Shown here piece by piece: positions 1-8,504 of a stretch of DNA of 55,173 bases. Numbering within the stretch: the stretch's first letter is position 1; each line of letters starts with the position of its first letter. The notes beneath the pieces were generated by a model, which was not told the origin of the DNA, did not search any database, and was given only the letters and a program-made list of their open reading frames with translations. The stretch is from positions 1 through 55,173 of the IMG/VR virus record IMGVR_UViG_3300043607_000025; one strand, written 5' to 3'. Both the position numbers and the translations under genes were made by a program. Source of the stretch: a virus. Taxonomy: Duplodnaviria; Caudoviricetes.

Positions 1-191
1 GGAGTTCGCCGAGGCGGTAAAGCCCGGCGACTGGCCACTGCAGCGACCCTTCGGTTACGAGGTCGCGTAGGTCGCGCGCGCCTTCGGTGCGCAGGACATC
101 GTTGGCGTCCTTGCAGCCTTCCGGCCAGTCGACAAACCAGAACCGTGCCGCACCGAGTAACCTGGCCATGTCAGCGCGGAGTGACAGGCCG
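1..191. repeat. Terminal direct repeat, left copy (circular assembly overlap)
   Basis: 1-191 matches 54983-55173 except at 128 (g) versus 55110 (a); the primase-helicase frame reads through the junction. Confidence 0.95.
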
Positions 192-655
192 GCATCGTCG
201 CCATCGCCGCACCACACGAACTTCTTGATCCGGTTGAGGCCAGCCTTGAGCGCTTCATCGACGTAGGAATACCCTCTCAATTCCGATGGCGCTTCGGCGC
301 TGCGCTGCTTGGCCCCGTTTGGAACTGACAGAACGCTGCCACGGGGAATTCCGGCCTCGACGAGGGCGCAGCGGTCGAGCTCGCCCTCGACCAGGAAAAT
401 TGTTTCTGGCTGGTCCGCGAGCGCGTCGTCCTCGCCCCAGAAGCTGAGTTTGAGACCTTTGCCGGCCACGAAGGATTTGTCGGGGACGGCGCGGGCTTTC
501 CAGCCGTCGCGGTAGTGAAAAACGATGCCCTCTGACTTCCGATTGAGGTCAGGAAAGTAGATGGTACCGGAGGCGACGCCGAGCTGTTCCAAGGTCTCCC
601 GGCTGATGCGGCGCTCGGTTTTGGCCCAGTTGGCGACGTCGTCCGACAGGGTCAT
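1..655 (-). CDS. Toprim primase-helicase, 5' part (continues across the circular junction to 54180; about 485 aa in total)
   Basis: ATG at 655 gives MTLSDDVANWAKTERRIS...IFLVEGELDRCALVEAG...SVPNGA (Toprim EGxxD motif); same frame as ORF 54180..55151 via the overlap. Confidence 0.85.
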   Translation of the reverse strand, partial: MTLSDDVANWAKTERRISRETLEQLGVASGTIYFPDLNRKSEGIVFHYRDGWKARAVPDKSFVAGKGLKLSFWGEDDALADQPETIFLVEGELDRCALVEAGIPRGSVLSVPNGAKQRSAEAPSELRGYSYVDEALKAGLNRIKKFVWCGDGDDAGLSLRADMARLLGAARFWFVDWPEGCKDANDVLRTEGARDLRDLVTEGSLQWPVAGLYRLGEL

Positions 656-854
656 CCGTGACGCCGCCTGCCCAATTGCAGTGGTGGCAGTAGTACAAAA
701 GTTCATTGCCCGTCACCGTGACCGAGAGGCATTTTTGGGTTTTCTTGCGTCGGGTATGGCTGCACTGAGGGCATCGAAATTGTCGGGTGCCGGCGAAGTT
801 TTGGCGGACGCCGACGGTGGCAAGTTGGCGAAGAACGTCATCGGAATTTTGCAT
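549..854 (-). CDS. Primase-type zinc-binding domain protein, in a different frame from the Toprim domain
   Basis: CPQCSHTRRKKTQKCLSV...YYCHHCNWAG; ATG at 854 lies 1 nt after the upstream stop codon. Confidence 0.7.
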   Translation of the reverse strand: MQNSDDVLRQLATVGVRQNFAGTRQFRCPQCSHTRRKKTQKCLSVTVTGNELLYYCHHCNWAGGVTDDPVGRRRQLGQNRAPHQPGDLGTARRRLRYHLLS

Positions 855-855
855 T

Positions 856-1626
856 TCACCAGGCATCTCCGCGGCGCCGTAATTCCTCCTTGTCGGCTTT
901 GGCGCGGTGCTCAAGAGCCGCGGTATGCTCCCGTTGCAGCCACCTCGATACCGGGAAAAACCATTTCCCGTCCTTTGGCTGATTTTGGAAATAGTAATCA
1001 TCCGCTGCTTGCAGAGCAGCCAGCATGTCCTTGATCTCAAAATAAGATTCTCGCCAACGGTCGAATTCCGCTTGCGATAGCCGGATAATTCTGCCCTGGA
1101 AGGCATACCGGCTGATCGAAACAACATTTTCCGTCGGCGGCGCGTTTGCGCCCCTAACTTTCTTTTTTGATTCTTGGCTATTGGTATCTTGGCTATTGGC
1201 ATATGGCTTATGGGGCTTAAGTGTACCCTTAAGCCGGGGGTTATCCTCACTGGGATTTCCCCTTTGTTTTCTTAGGCTTGGATTACCTCCTTCCTTACCG
1301 TTTTTCTTGGCTTCTCGCGATCTTTTCGCGTCCCGAACTAGACGGCGGTTATAGATCGTGCCGTTGCGATCGCGAGACAGTACGCCGTTTCGTTCTAGCT
1401 CCTCGATCAACTTCGCCACTTCGGGCGCCGAGCCACCGACCATGCGGGCAGTGTCGTGGACCGTAAGCGACTGGCCTTTGATCGCGAGATAGCCGATCGG
1501 GTCGGACTGGGCCGCGATGCAGAGCATCTCGATCCAGAGCCCTCGGGCTGCGAGGCTGCAGTTACGTAAACCAGGGTCCGACAGCCAATCGGACCAGTAA
1601 AACTTGCTCCATGTGGTGCCGCTCAT
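856..1626 (-). CDS. Phage replication initiator / replisome organiser (YdaU/DUF1376-like N-terminus)
   Basis: WSKFYWSDWLSDPGLRNCSLAARGLWIEMLC N-terminus, low-complexity linker, position upstream of the primase-helicase. Confidence 0.7.
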   Translation of the reverse strand: MSGTTWSKFYWSDWLSDPGLRNCSLAARGLWIEMLCIAAQSDPIGYLAIKGQSLTVHDTARMVGGSAPEVAKLIEELERNGVLSRDRNGTIYNRRLVRDAKRSREAKKNGKEGGNPSLRKQRGNPSEDNPRLKGTLKPHKPYANSQDTNSQESKKKVRGANAPPTENVVSISRYAFQGRIIRLSQAEFDRWRESYFEIKDMLAALQAADDYYFQNQPKDGKWFFPVSRWLQREHTAALEHRAKADKEELRRRGDAW

Positions 1627-1814
1627 AGCAGCCGCTCCCCCTTCGCGGCCGCCACATAGTCCTGCACGATTGCCGCCATGCAGGCGATCTCGTGGGCGGC
1701 CTTGCCGGCGGACATCTTCCCCTCGTCGACCCATCGCTCGTAGACGCGCGTGCGTATTTTCAATTCGCGTTCAGCGCATGAAAGTTTGTCGGCCGCGGTG
1801 ATGGTATCCGTCAT
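1623..1814 (-). CDS. Hypothetical phage protein
   Basis: 63-aa ORF with 4-nt overlaps on both sides. Confidence 0.7.
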   Translation of the reverse strand: MTDTITAADKLSCAERELKIRTRVYERWVDEGKMSAGKAAHEIACMAAIVQDYVAAAKGERLL

Positions 1815-2383
1815 GCGGCCCCCCTCGCCTGCTCGCCGAACAGGAACAGCTCGCGCGTGGTGGCGCTCTCGCGGCCGTAAGTAGCGGCCGCCCAGTCCCA
1901 GGTCGCAGCAGCATCCGCCACGTTGTCGTCACCGCAGCCTTTCGGCAGGAGCCCGAGCAGATGGCAGCGCGCGACCACAGCGGCCTTGGTAGCCGCACGA
2001 TCACCAAGCTTGGCGCGCCCCAGGAAGTGCTTGCGCACCGTGCTGTCGGCGGCCTCGGTCCACGCGACGCCATAGCGCCCGCATAGGCCTTCGACGACAC
2101 CGTGCAGGCCGGCGTGCATGCGAAAGTTATCGTCACTGCCGCCGGAGACCTTCAACAGCGCCGCGATGTGAAGCATCTTCTCTTTGACCACCAAAGCCGG
2201 CGGGATGGCCTCAAACCGACCCACCAGGAAGTCGAGCAGGTTGCTGAACGCAACGGCGCGGTGCTCGCCCGTCTTCTTGAGCCTCACGGAGCAGCATTCC
2301 GGCTTCGCCCCGGCGCGGCCGACCGCAAGACCCAGGTTCACCCCGAGATCCAACGCGAAGATGGTGCCGGTGATGCGGGTCAT
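1811..2383 (-). CDS. RuvC-like Holliday junction resolvase
   Basis: IFALDLG, VVKE and DDNVADA acidic motifs of an RNase H fold. Confidence 0.7.
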   Translation of the reverse strand: MTRITGTIFALDLGVNLGLAVGRAGAKPECCSVRLKKTGEHRAVAFSNLLDFLVGRFEAIPPALVVKEKMLHIAALLKVSGGSDDNFRMHAGLHGVVEGLCGRYGVAWTEAADSTVRKHFLGRAKLGDRAATKAAVVARCHLLGLLPKGCGDDNVADAAATWDWAAATYGRESATTRELFLFGEQARGAA

Positions 2384-2388
2384 GGCAA

Positions 2389-2997
2389 TCAGTGCGCCTG
2401 CTCCTCGACCACCTTATACGTCGCCGGCGCGCCGCCGATGCCCGCTTTCTCCGCCTCCGCGCGACGCAGGCTTTCCGGCCTCAGGTCTCGGTCATCCTCG
2501 GCTTCCTTCAGCGGCTTAAACCCCCTCGCAAGAATCGCCTGCCCGGCGTCATAGCCGTCGATCCACCGTTGGTATTGTGGCACGGAAGGATCATGCGGCG
2601 GTTTGCGGGGTTCGTTTTCCATGCAAGCCCGTTTGCCATCGGCATAGGCGCGGTCAACCGACGGCGTGCGGTCCTCTGCGAAAAGCTCCGCTTGCGTGCC
2701 CATGGCCAATCCGAGCCATCGGGCAATACGCATCTGCGCCTCGATCTTTTCCTTGAGCTTCTCCTCGCCCTTCTCGTCCTTCAGCAGCGCCCAGGTGCGG
2801 ATATCGCGCACGGCGTGCTTGCCAAGCTTGGCCTTGGCCTCCTCCTCGACAATCGCAAGCGTGTCCTTCGCTGCTTGCCAGCGCTTGGCAAAGCCAAAGA
2901 AAGTCATCGCCTTGACGTCATCGTCTTGGTGATTGCCGTTCGTCGGCGGCAACGGGCCGCCGGTTTTCTCGCTCGCGGATTTTTTCGGGCGTCCCAT
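2389..2997 (-). CDS. Hypothetical protein; GapR/DUF2312-like middle and RMF-like C-terminal motif
   Basis: RBS GAGGAG before ATG 2997; EEEAKAK...ARWLGLAMG and DRAYADGKRA...QRWIDGY motifs, judged by eye. Confidence 0.6.
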   Translation of the reverse strand: MGRPKKSASEKTGGPLPPTNGNHQDDDVKAMTFFGFAKRWQAAKDTLAIVEEEAKAKLGKHAVRDIRTWALLKDEKGEEKLKEKIEAQMRIARWLGLAMGTQAELFAEDRTPSVDRAYADGKRACMENEPRKPPHDPSVPQYQRWIDGYDAGQAILARGFKPLKEAEDDRDLRPESLRRAEAEKAGIGGAPATYKVVEEQAH

Positions 2998-3007
2998 TGC
3001 GGTCTCC

Positions 3008-3643
3008 TCACTCTGCGCGATTGGATTTGGCGGCGATGCCTGGGCAGCACAGGGCAAAATGTTCGCCGCAGTAAGACCGGTTAGGCAGCGCCTCGGCGGC
3101 GCAAAACAAGAAGCTCTGTTCACCGTATGGATAACGGCAATCGCTCTCTTTGAGCTCGAAGAACTGCTTGGGCCGTCGTTGCTGTCTACGCGGGACCGCC
3201 TCGGCCGGGAGTTCGGCGGGGCTCTCGACCGGCGGCGCCGGCGGCCTCATCGGATCTTGCTTCAGTTTCCTGTTGATGCGGCCAGCGATGGTGTAATCGC
3301 CGCCGGCCTGGCGGGGCCGCGGCCTTGTCTTCTCCGGTTTCGGCCGCGCGGCGCGCGACAATCCGAGGCGGTGCGTTCGGCCGATCACGGCGTTGCGGGT
3401 GAGCCCGCAGTCGAGTTCGATGGCGATCTGGCTGGCAGACAAGCCCTCGGCGTGCAGACGCCTTAGGGCCTCGTCCCGCTCCGGGGTCCAAACAGTGCTA
3501 ATTCTGATTTTGTCGTGTTTCACATCGACAGCTTCAATACGAACGAACCGTTTCCATGAAAACAATCCAGCAGTAAGCGCAGCGGGGCTAAGCCCGTGCG
3601 GCTGCGCAACCCAGATCTGCCCGACTTCTGGAGCAACTTTCAT
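3008..3643 (-). CDS. gcrA: GcrA-family cell-cycle regulator
   Basis: WTPERDEALRRLHAEGLSASQIA...TRNAVIGRTHRLGL and C-terminal CRYPYG..FLFC...SYCGEH. Confidence 0.9.
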   Translation of the reverse strand: MKVAPEVGQIWVAQPHGLSPAALTAGLFSWKRFVRIEAVDVKHDKIRISTVWTPERDEALRRLHAEGLSASQIAIELDCGLTRNAVIGRTHRLGLSRAARPKPEKTRPRPRQAGGDYTIAGRINRKLKQDPMRPPAPPVESPAELPAEAVPRRQQRRPKQFFELKESDCRYPYGEQSFLFCAAEALPNRSYCGEHFALCCPGIAAKSNRAE

Positions 3644-4710
3644 TCCGCCGCCTCCATTGTTTCGGCTGTCTCGTTACCCCAGGCGTCCCACCCTGGTCGC
3701 GGCGGGCCACGCCGGTTTAATTCGATTTTGGGCATGGTCGGGTAATAGCCCTCTATCATTTCGAGGAAGCATTCAGGCTTGGCGGAATGCTCAGTCTTCG
3801 GCGCGATGATCAGTGACTCCCATTGCGTGCCGGGAGCCGGACAGGGCGGGTTACCGCGCGTGCCTATCAGCAGCAATTCATGCTTCGAGCGGTTCCAGCG
3901 GCCGGTGCTGATGCGATCCTTGCCCCAGCAGTAATTGGACTTGTATTTGAAACCCCAGGCTTCCAGTACACCAATCGCAATTCGCAAATGCTGATTGGTC
4001 GTCCATAGAAACAGCACGCAATCTTTTCCACTGATCGAAGGGACATCGCGCGCAGCGATCAACGCTGCATCACTAGTGGGATAATGATTAGAGGCATGAC
4101 GGTCCATACCTGTCTCTTCGCTCCACACCGTGTCTTTCCATTCCGGATCGGCGACGATCACCCCATATGTCTTGTCCGGCAATGCTCGCTGCTTTTCGCC
4201 GAGTGCCTTCTCGCGGTTTGCCCGCGCCGCTTTCTTGTCGCCCTGCGTGATCTCGCGCACTACCGCGGTGACGGTGGCGTCCTTACCCTGCTCGCGCAGC
4301 TTCTTGGCGACCGCCTTCAATTCGGCGGGCGACACGTCGGCGAGCTTGCCAAGCCGGTGGCGCGATGTCGGTTTGACGCCGGTAGCTTCGCGGCCCTTGG
4401 TGGATTTTCCCTGCGAGGAAAATCCATTCTTGCCCAACTGCCCGCCACCTTTTGCCTTTGGCACTCTCCGGAGTTCTTCGGCGATCCGCCGATTGCCGAT
4501 CAGGATCGCATCCTCGGCGGCAGCTTTGACCTCAGCGACATGCCCTAGCAATACGTTGATCGCTGTGGCCTCACGGATGATCTTACGAATATCATCGTAC
4601 GTCTTTGCAGCGATCAAATCGCGTTCCATGCGCCTCAGCGCTGCGAGAGCGGCAGGCACGCTCGGCACCTGCTTCCGGACGGCCTTGTCGAGCGACGGCA
4701 GGTTGCTCAT
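3640..4710 (-). CDS. MT-A70-family adenine methyltransferase
   Basis: YGVIVADPEW, LFLWTT, EAWGFKY, HELLLIGTRG, HSAKP, IELNRR, GWDAWGNE. Confidence 0.88.
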   Translation of the reverse strand: MSNLPSLDKAVRKQVPSVPAALAALRRMERDLIAAKTYDDIRKIIREATAINVLLGHVAEVKAAAEDAILIGNRRIAEELRRVPKAKGGGQLGKNGFSSQGKSTKGREATGVKPTSRHRLGKLADVSPAELKAVAKKLREQGKDATVTAVVREITQGDKKAARANREKALGEKQRALPDKTYGVIVADPEWKDTVWSEETGMDRHASNHYPTSDAALIAARDVPSISGKDCVLFLWTTNQHLRIAIGVLEAWGFKYKSNYCWGKDRISTGRWNRSKHELLLIGTRGNPPCPAPGTQWESLIIAPKTEHSAKPECFLEMIEGYYPTMPKIELNRRGPPRPGWDAWGNETAETMEAAE

Positions 4711-5108
4711 CGCAGCACCCACGACAGCGGAATGAGCACATTGCAGAAGCGGCCGCCGTCGCCGCCGCCTTCACGGAAGCGGCCTTCCGCATAGGCCCGG
4801 CGCGCCAACTCCTTCAGTCGTTCGATGGGAAACATCAGATAGCAAAGGGTCTGACTGTCGCGGCGCAACTCATGCACCCAGTAATCGGCTTCGGTCACCG
4901 CAATGCCGGACGGCTGTCCGCCTTGACGATATTCGATGCAGATGTTGCCGGTCTGCTCCCACTGCCACGTCTCAGTCTTTAGCTCGATCTTTTCCAGCTT
5001 GGCGGCGGCAAAGATTTCCGCGAGCCGTCGTTCGGCAACCAACGCCTGGTCAAGCTGGAGATCGAATTTGCGATCGCGATTGAACGCGATCTTGTTCATC
5101 CCATTCAC
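4707..5108 (-). CDS. Hypothetical protein, possibly PD-(D/E)xK nuclease-like
   Basis: IELKTE...TGNICIEY...SGIAVTEADYW; ATGA overlap with the methylase gene. Confidence 0.65.
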   Translation of the reverse strand: MNGMNKIAFNRDRKFDLQLDQALVAERRLAEIFAAAKLEKIELKTETWQWEQTGNICIEYRQGGQPSGIAVTEADYWVHELRRDSQTLCYLMFPIERLKELARRAYAEGRFREGGGDGGRFCNVLIPLSWVLR

Positions 5109-5123
5109 GGCCGCCCCTCCCCA

Positions 5124-5489
5124 TCAGTCTTCGCCGTTATTTCCGGAGCGACCCAGACCGCGAAGTGCACGAACTGCGTCGATAAACGCAGCAACGTCCG
5201 AGCGAAGGAGATCCTCATCCCGCAAGTGGTACGTACTAGCCAATGCTTCATAGCGGTGCGCCAGCTCGGCGGCTTCATGCCGTCCTGCCGCGGCTCGCAT
5301 CCTTCGAACGGTTTTGTGTTCGTCATCGGTGATCTCGCCATAAAAGAGGGCTTTGGCTTGCCGATACGAAACGCCGGCATTGCGCGCCGCTCGCGCTAAC
5401 CAGCTTTCGCGCGTGTCATTCCACTGCCGCGGACCCGCGGCGGCCGCTACCAGATCACGCATGACTGCACCGGAATGCTTCTCCGACAT
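5124..5489 (-). CDS. CII-like / HTH phage regulator
   Basis: RBS GGAG; ESWLARAARNAGVSYRQAKALFYGE helix-turn-helix-like segment; downstream of cro. Confidence 0.6.
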   Translation of the reverse strand: MSEKHSGAVMRDLVAAAAGPRQWNDTRESWLARAARNAGVSYRQAKALFYGEITDDEHKTVRRMRAAAGRHEAAELAHRYEALASTYHLRDEDLLRSDVAAFIDAVRALRGLGRSGNNGED

Positions 5490-5688
5490 TTTGGAAATCT
5501 CCTGCTGCACATTGACCGCGTGCAACGCAGTCACGTCGGCGCTTCCCGGCGCCGGTGCAGAGGGAAACGAACATGCGAACGAAGGAGAAAAATGCCTTGG
5601 GTCGGTGGAACGGGCCAGCTGGCTTGCACCAACCGGCCCGCCACTCCACCATCGGAACGTGTTTGGCAGTACCGATGGAGAGATCAAA

Positions 5689-5913
5689 ATGGACGCGTAC
5701 ATTGCTTGGAATGCAGCCATCCTCAACACGCTGGGCTGCTTGGTACAGCAGCTTTCCGTACGTGGGCACATCGACGGAGCAGAACTTGTTGAATGCGTGC
5801 AGACGATCGCTGCTGCACTGAGAAAAAACCAACAGCCGCTCATAGCCGATGTCATGCATCAGATCGCGATGCATCTGCTCAAATCGGACGAGCCGTTGCC
5901 ACCCCGCGGCTAG
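5689..5913 (+). CDS. Small hypothetical protein antisense to the early operon
   Basis: GGAGAG RBS then MDAYIAWNAAILNTLGCLVQQL (74 aa). Confidence 0.5.
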   Translation: MDAYIAWNAAILNTLGCLVQQLSVRGHIDGAELVECVQTIAAALRKNQQPLIADVMHQIAMHLLKSDEPLPPRG

Positions 5914-6187
5914 CACGATGACCTCCCAAAGCTCTCAAGGAAGGCACGCGCTTCGCCCAGCGTCATCAAGCCCGCAACCTCGATAGCCGCGGACTTGGAT
6001 GTGCCCGAAGTGAACGTGAGGGGCGTCGGCGCAGTAACGAGCGCTGCAATTGGAGCCAGTCCAAGCAGCCGCAGGAAGCCGCGCTTTGTCATCACAGGAC
6101 CGGCGACCTCACGGTAGCCGGCCCGCCGCGGGGCCATCGAGACGCGAGACCAGGGCCCGACGGAGGTGGAGGTTGTCGAGGCGGGGG

Positions 6188-6412
6188 TCATTCGGCTGCG
6201 ACCGATGAAGTAGCGGGAGGTTTAATCAAGGGGTTGGCCAAATCGTTCAGCGCGACAGCACCACCTGTCGCGTCTTGAATACGCATAGCCAGCGCCATCG
6301 ACGGCAAGTCGCCATTCAAAAGTTGGGCAATACGCCCCTGCGTCACGCCAACAACCTTGGCGAACGCTTCCTGGGTTTGGTCTTTTTCAGCAAGCCAGTC
6401 GGAGAGTTGCAT
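6188..6412 (-). CDS. Cro-like HTH repressor
   Basis: MQLSDWLAEKDQTQEAFAKVVGVTQGRIAQLLNG...IQDATGGAV; divergent from cI. Confidence 0.85.
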   Translation of the reverse strand: MQLSDWLAEKDQTQEAFAKVVGVTQGRIAQLLNGDLPSMALAMRIQDATGGAVALNDLANPLIKPPATSSVAAE

Positions 6413-6419
6413 GCCAGCT

Positions 6420-6461
6420 AAATTAGCAATGCTGATATTTATCGTCAATAGCATTATTAAT
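6420..6461. promoter_or_regulatory. OR-like operators and the cro promoter
   Basis: ATTAGCAATGCTGAT (6422-6436) and AATAGCATTATTAAT (6447-6461); minus-strand TTGACG-N17-TAATTT. Confidence 0.75.
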
Positions 6462-6504
6462 AAGACGGGATGGACCGCCAGAAGGACCGCTCCAAAATGT
6501 TGGA

Positions 6505-6858
6505 ATGGCAAAGAAAAACAATGAGAACAAAGTTCAAACACGGTTCAAGCAGCCGAAACGGCGCCTGTTTTTGGCGCAGTGGCGAAAATATCGCGATGAG
6601 ATGACCCAGGAGCGGCTCGCGGAGCGAGCCGGGGTAAGCCAGGGCATGATCTCGCAGCTTGAAAACGGTACGAGCGACTATACCGGCGAATTGTTGGAAA
6701 AGCTGGCATTCGGGCTCAACTGCCAACCGGCCGACCTGATTATGAGGAACCCGACCGATCCAAAGGCCCCTTGGACAATCTGGGATCGGATCAAGCCGGA
6801 ACTGCGTGCCCAGGCACTGCGGGTGCTCGAAACGTTCGCCGACGAGGAAGCCGCGTAG
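6505..6858 (+). CDS. CI-like XRE-family repressor (no peptidase domain)
   Basis: WRKYRDEMTQERLAERAGVSQGMISQLENG HTH. Confidence 0.88.
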   Translation: MAKKNNENKVQTRFKQPKRRLFLAQWRKYRDEMTQERLAERAGVSQGMISQLENGTSDYTGELLEKLAFGLNCQPADLIMRNPTDPKAPWTIWDRIKPELRAQALRVLETFADEEAA

Positions 6859-6967
6859 GTCCTCAGTTTGAGGGCCGGCGGGGCGGTCGAGTCGGCCGTG
6901 TCCGGCGGACCGTTCTGGACTTGTGAGGGCGGGCGACCTGGAGTTCGAGGGCCGGGCTAATTGATGT

Positions 6968-7480
6968 TCAACGGCCTCTTGGCCGGACGTAGCGCCCATA
7001 GTCCTCGACCGTCCGAGCGACGACGTGCGGTATCTGTATCGTCTGGCCAAATATGGCTTTGTAGGAGTAAATCCCGATGTACTTGCCCCAAAATTGCACT
7101 TTGTCGTCTTCCAGAATGCGCGGCTCATCGGAACGATTCTTGCGATAGTCCACATAGACTATGTCGCTCCCAATCTTCTCGGAAACGTTCACGTCAATAC
7201 GTAGGGTCAAGTTCTGCCCGCTTTCGATCGCTTGCACGACCTTGCCATCGAACACGACAATTGCGCCTTGGTAGTTGCCTGGGTTACGCGCAAGTTCGTC
7301 ATAGGACACAGTTCTCGCTCGGGACTTAACATCCAAAATGGATTCTGCATTCGTTGTCTTGCTCGGTGGCGGCGTTGAGCTGGGCGTCGATGTTGAGTTG
7401 CGGGTCGAGGCACCAATGGTAATTGCGCCTACGACAAGGACTACGCCCCAGATGGTCACGATTGTAGAAAACGTTGGCAT
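6968..7480 (-). CDS. Membrane-anchored OB-fold-like protein (lysogenic conversion moron)
   Basis: N-terminal TM helix, S/T/P linker, VSYDELARNPGNYQG..V.FDGKVVQ motif. Confidence 0.7.
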   Translation of the reverse strand: MPTFSTIVTIWGVVLVVGAITIGASTRNSTSTPSSTPPPSKTTNAESILDVKSRARTVSYDELARNPGNYQGAIVVFDGKVVQAIESGQNLTLRIDVNVSEKIGSDIVYVDYRKNRSDEPRILEDDKVQFWGKYIGIYSYKAIFGQTIQIPHVVARTVEDYGRYVRPRGR

Positions 7481-7713
7481 GTTAAAGGTCGTCCTTGTTG
7501 ATTACCCAATGCCATATAACGAAACGGATCGATCCGGTCTTGGCGGATCGTGCCAGGGCTTTGCGCAAATAGGCCAAAGATGCTGACGCGGGCGTGGGAT
7601 ACGAGCTGTCAGGACTGGGAGGCCAGCGAGGCCGAGCCGCGCCGAGGTGCCGGGCCAAACCGGGCCCAGGGGGCAATCGCCCCTGCGCCCTTTACTGAGT
7701 GCCTCGTGAAACG

Positions 7714-8241
7714 TCACAGTGTTGATCGGGCCGATGTCATGGGTAGCTGCTGGCGTTCCAGCTCAGCACAAGCTTCACTAGCCTTTGAATTCTTGATTGA
7801 ATATACCTTCACCTTATCACCCGCAGAGACTGTCACCGTCGCTTTCTGGCGGTCATCTTGGCAGAGCTTCTCAAGAGCGGCAAGGAAGCCCTGATCGTTC
7901 CGCAGCATCACTTTCTCTGACGTGATGGCATCGCCAGCGTAGACAAACTTGCGAACCAGGGAGCCACGAAGCTTGGACATGTCGTTAGGCGTATCGCGGA
8001 ACGCCCCTGACGGAGCCTCGGCCAATGGTGCAGAGCGGAAATATTCGTCACGCACCACTGTGCCTTCCGTCAGCGGATATCTAGCGACAAAGTAAACGGT
8101 GGTGGGAGGCGCCTCAGGCGCCGGAGCGGCCTGCACCGATATCGGTGCTGGCAGATTCATACTACTATAAGCAATAAGCCCAAACGCAGTGGTTGCGAGC
8201 AGCAGCACCATGATGATCGAAATTCGCAAAGCAGATGACAC
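7714..8241 (-). CDS. Truncated Flp/Tad pilus assembly CpaB-like protein (TM plus SAF domain)
   Basis: MSSALRISIIMVLLLATTAFGLIAY; YFVARYPLTEGTVVR...LRGSLVRKFVYAGDAIT..VM..DQGFLA; RBS GAGGAG. Confidence 0.7.
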   Translation of the reverse strand: MSSALRISIIMVLLLATTAFGLIAYSSMNLPAPISVQAAPAPEAPPTTVYFVARYPLTEGTVVRDEYFRSAPLAEAPSGAFRDTPNDMSKLRGSLVRKFVYAGDAITSEKVMLRNDQGFLAALEKLCQDDRQKATVTVSAGDKVKVYSIKNSKASEACAELERQQLPMTSARSTL

Positions 8242-8427
8242 GTCAGTTCTCCTCTTGTTTCAAGTTGCCGCGTTGCAAGGTTCGCGGAGGGCTCGACATG
8301 AACACTGTGGAGCCGCTTCTTTGTAGCTTCCGCCCCCGTGCCGGGCTTGTTGGCCGTGGCCAAAGGTTTGATTTCCGGTGCCATGCGGATGCCCGAGGCA
8401 GAGCCGCACGCAGGTCCCGCGAGAAAT

Positions 8428-8477
8428 ATTAGCATAGCTGATTTTTCACTTGCTTTCGATATTAGCATTGCTATTAT
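8428..8477 (+). promoter_or_regulatory. OL-like operators and rightward early promoter
   Basis: ATTAGCATAGCTGAT (8428-8442) and ATTAGCATTGCTATT (8461-8475); TTGCTT-N16-TATTAT. Confidence 0.75.
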
Positions 8478-8504
8478 CCCTCTCATCCTTTTGGGAGGGA
8501 ACAC

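Noticed and set aside
5910-6092. Small ORF with a Tat-like start (MTKRGFLRLLG)
   Set aside because: Plausible but short, has KR rather than RR, and lacks other support.
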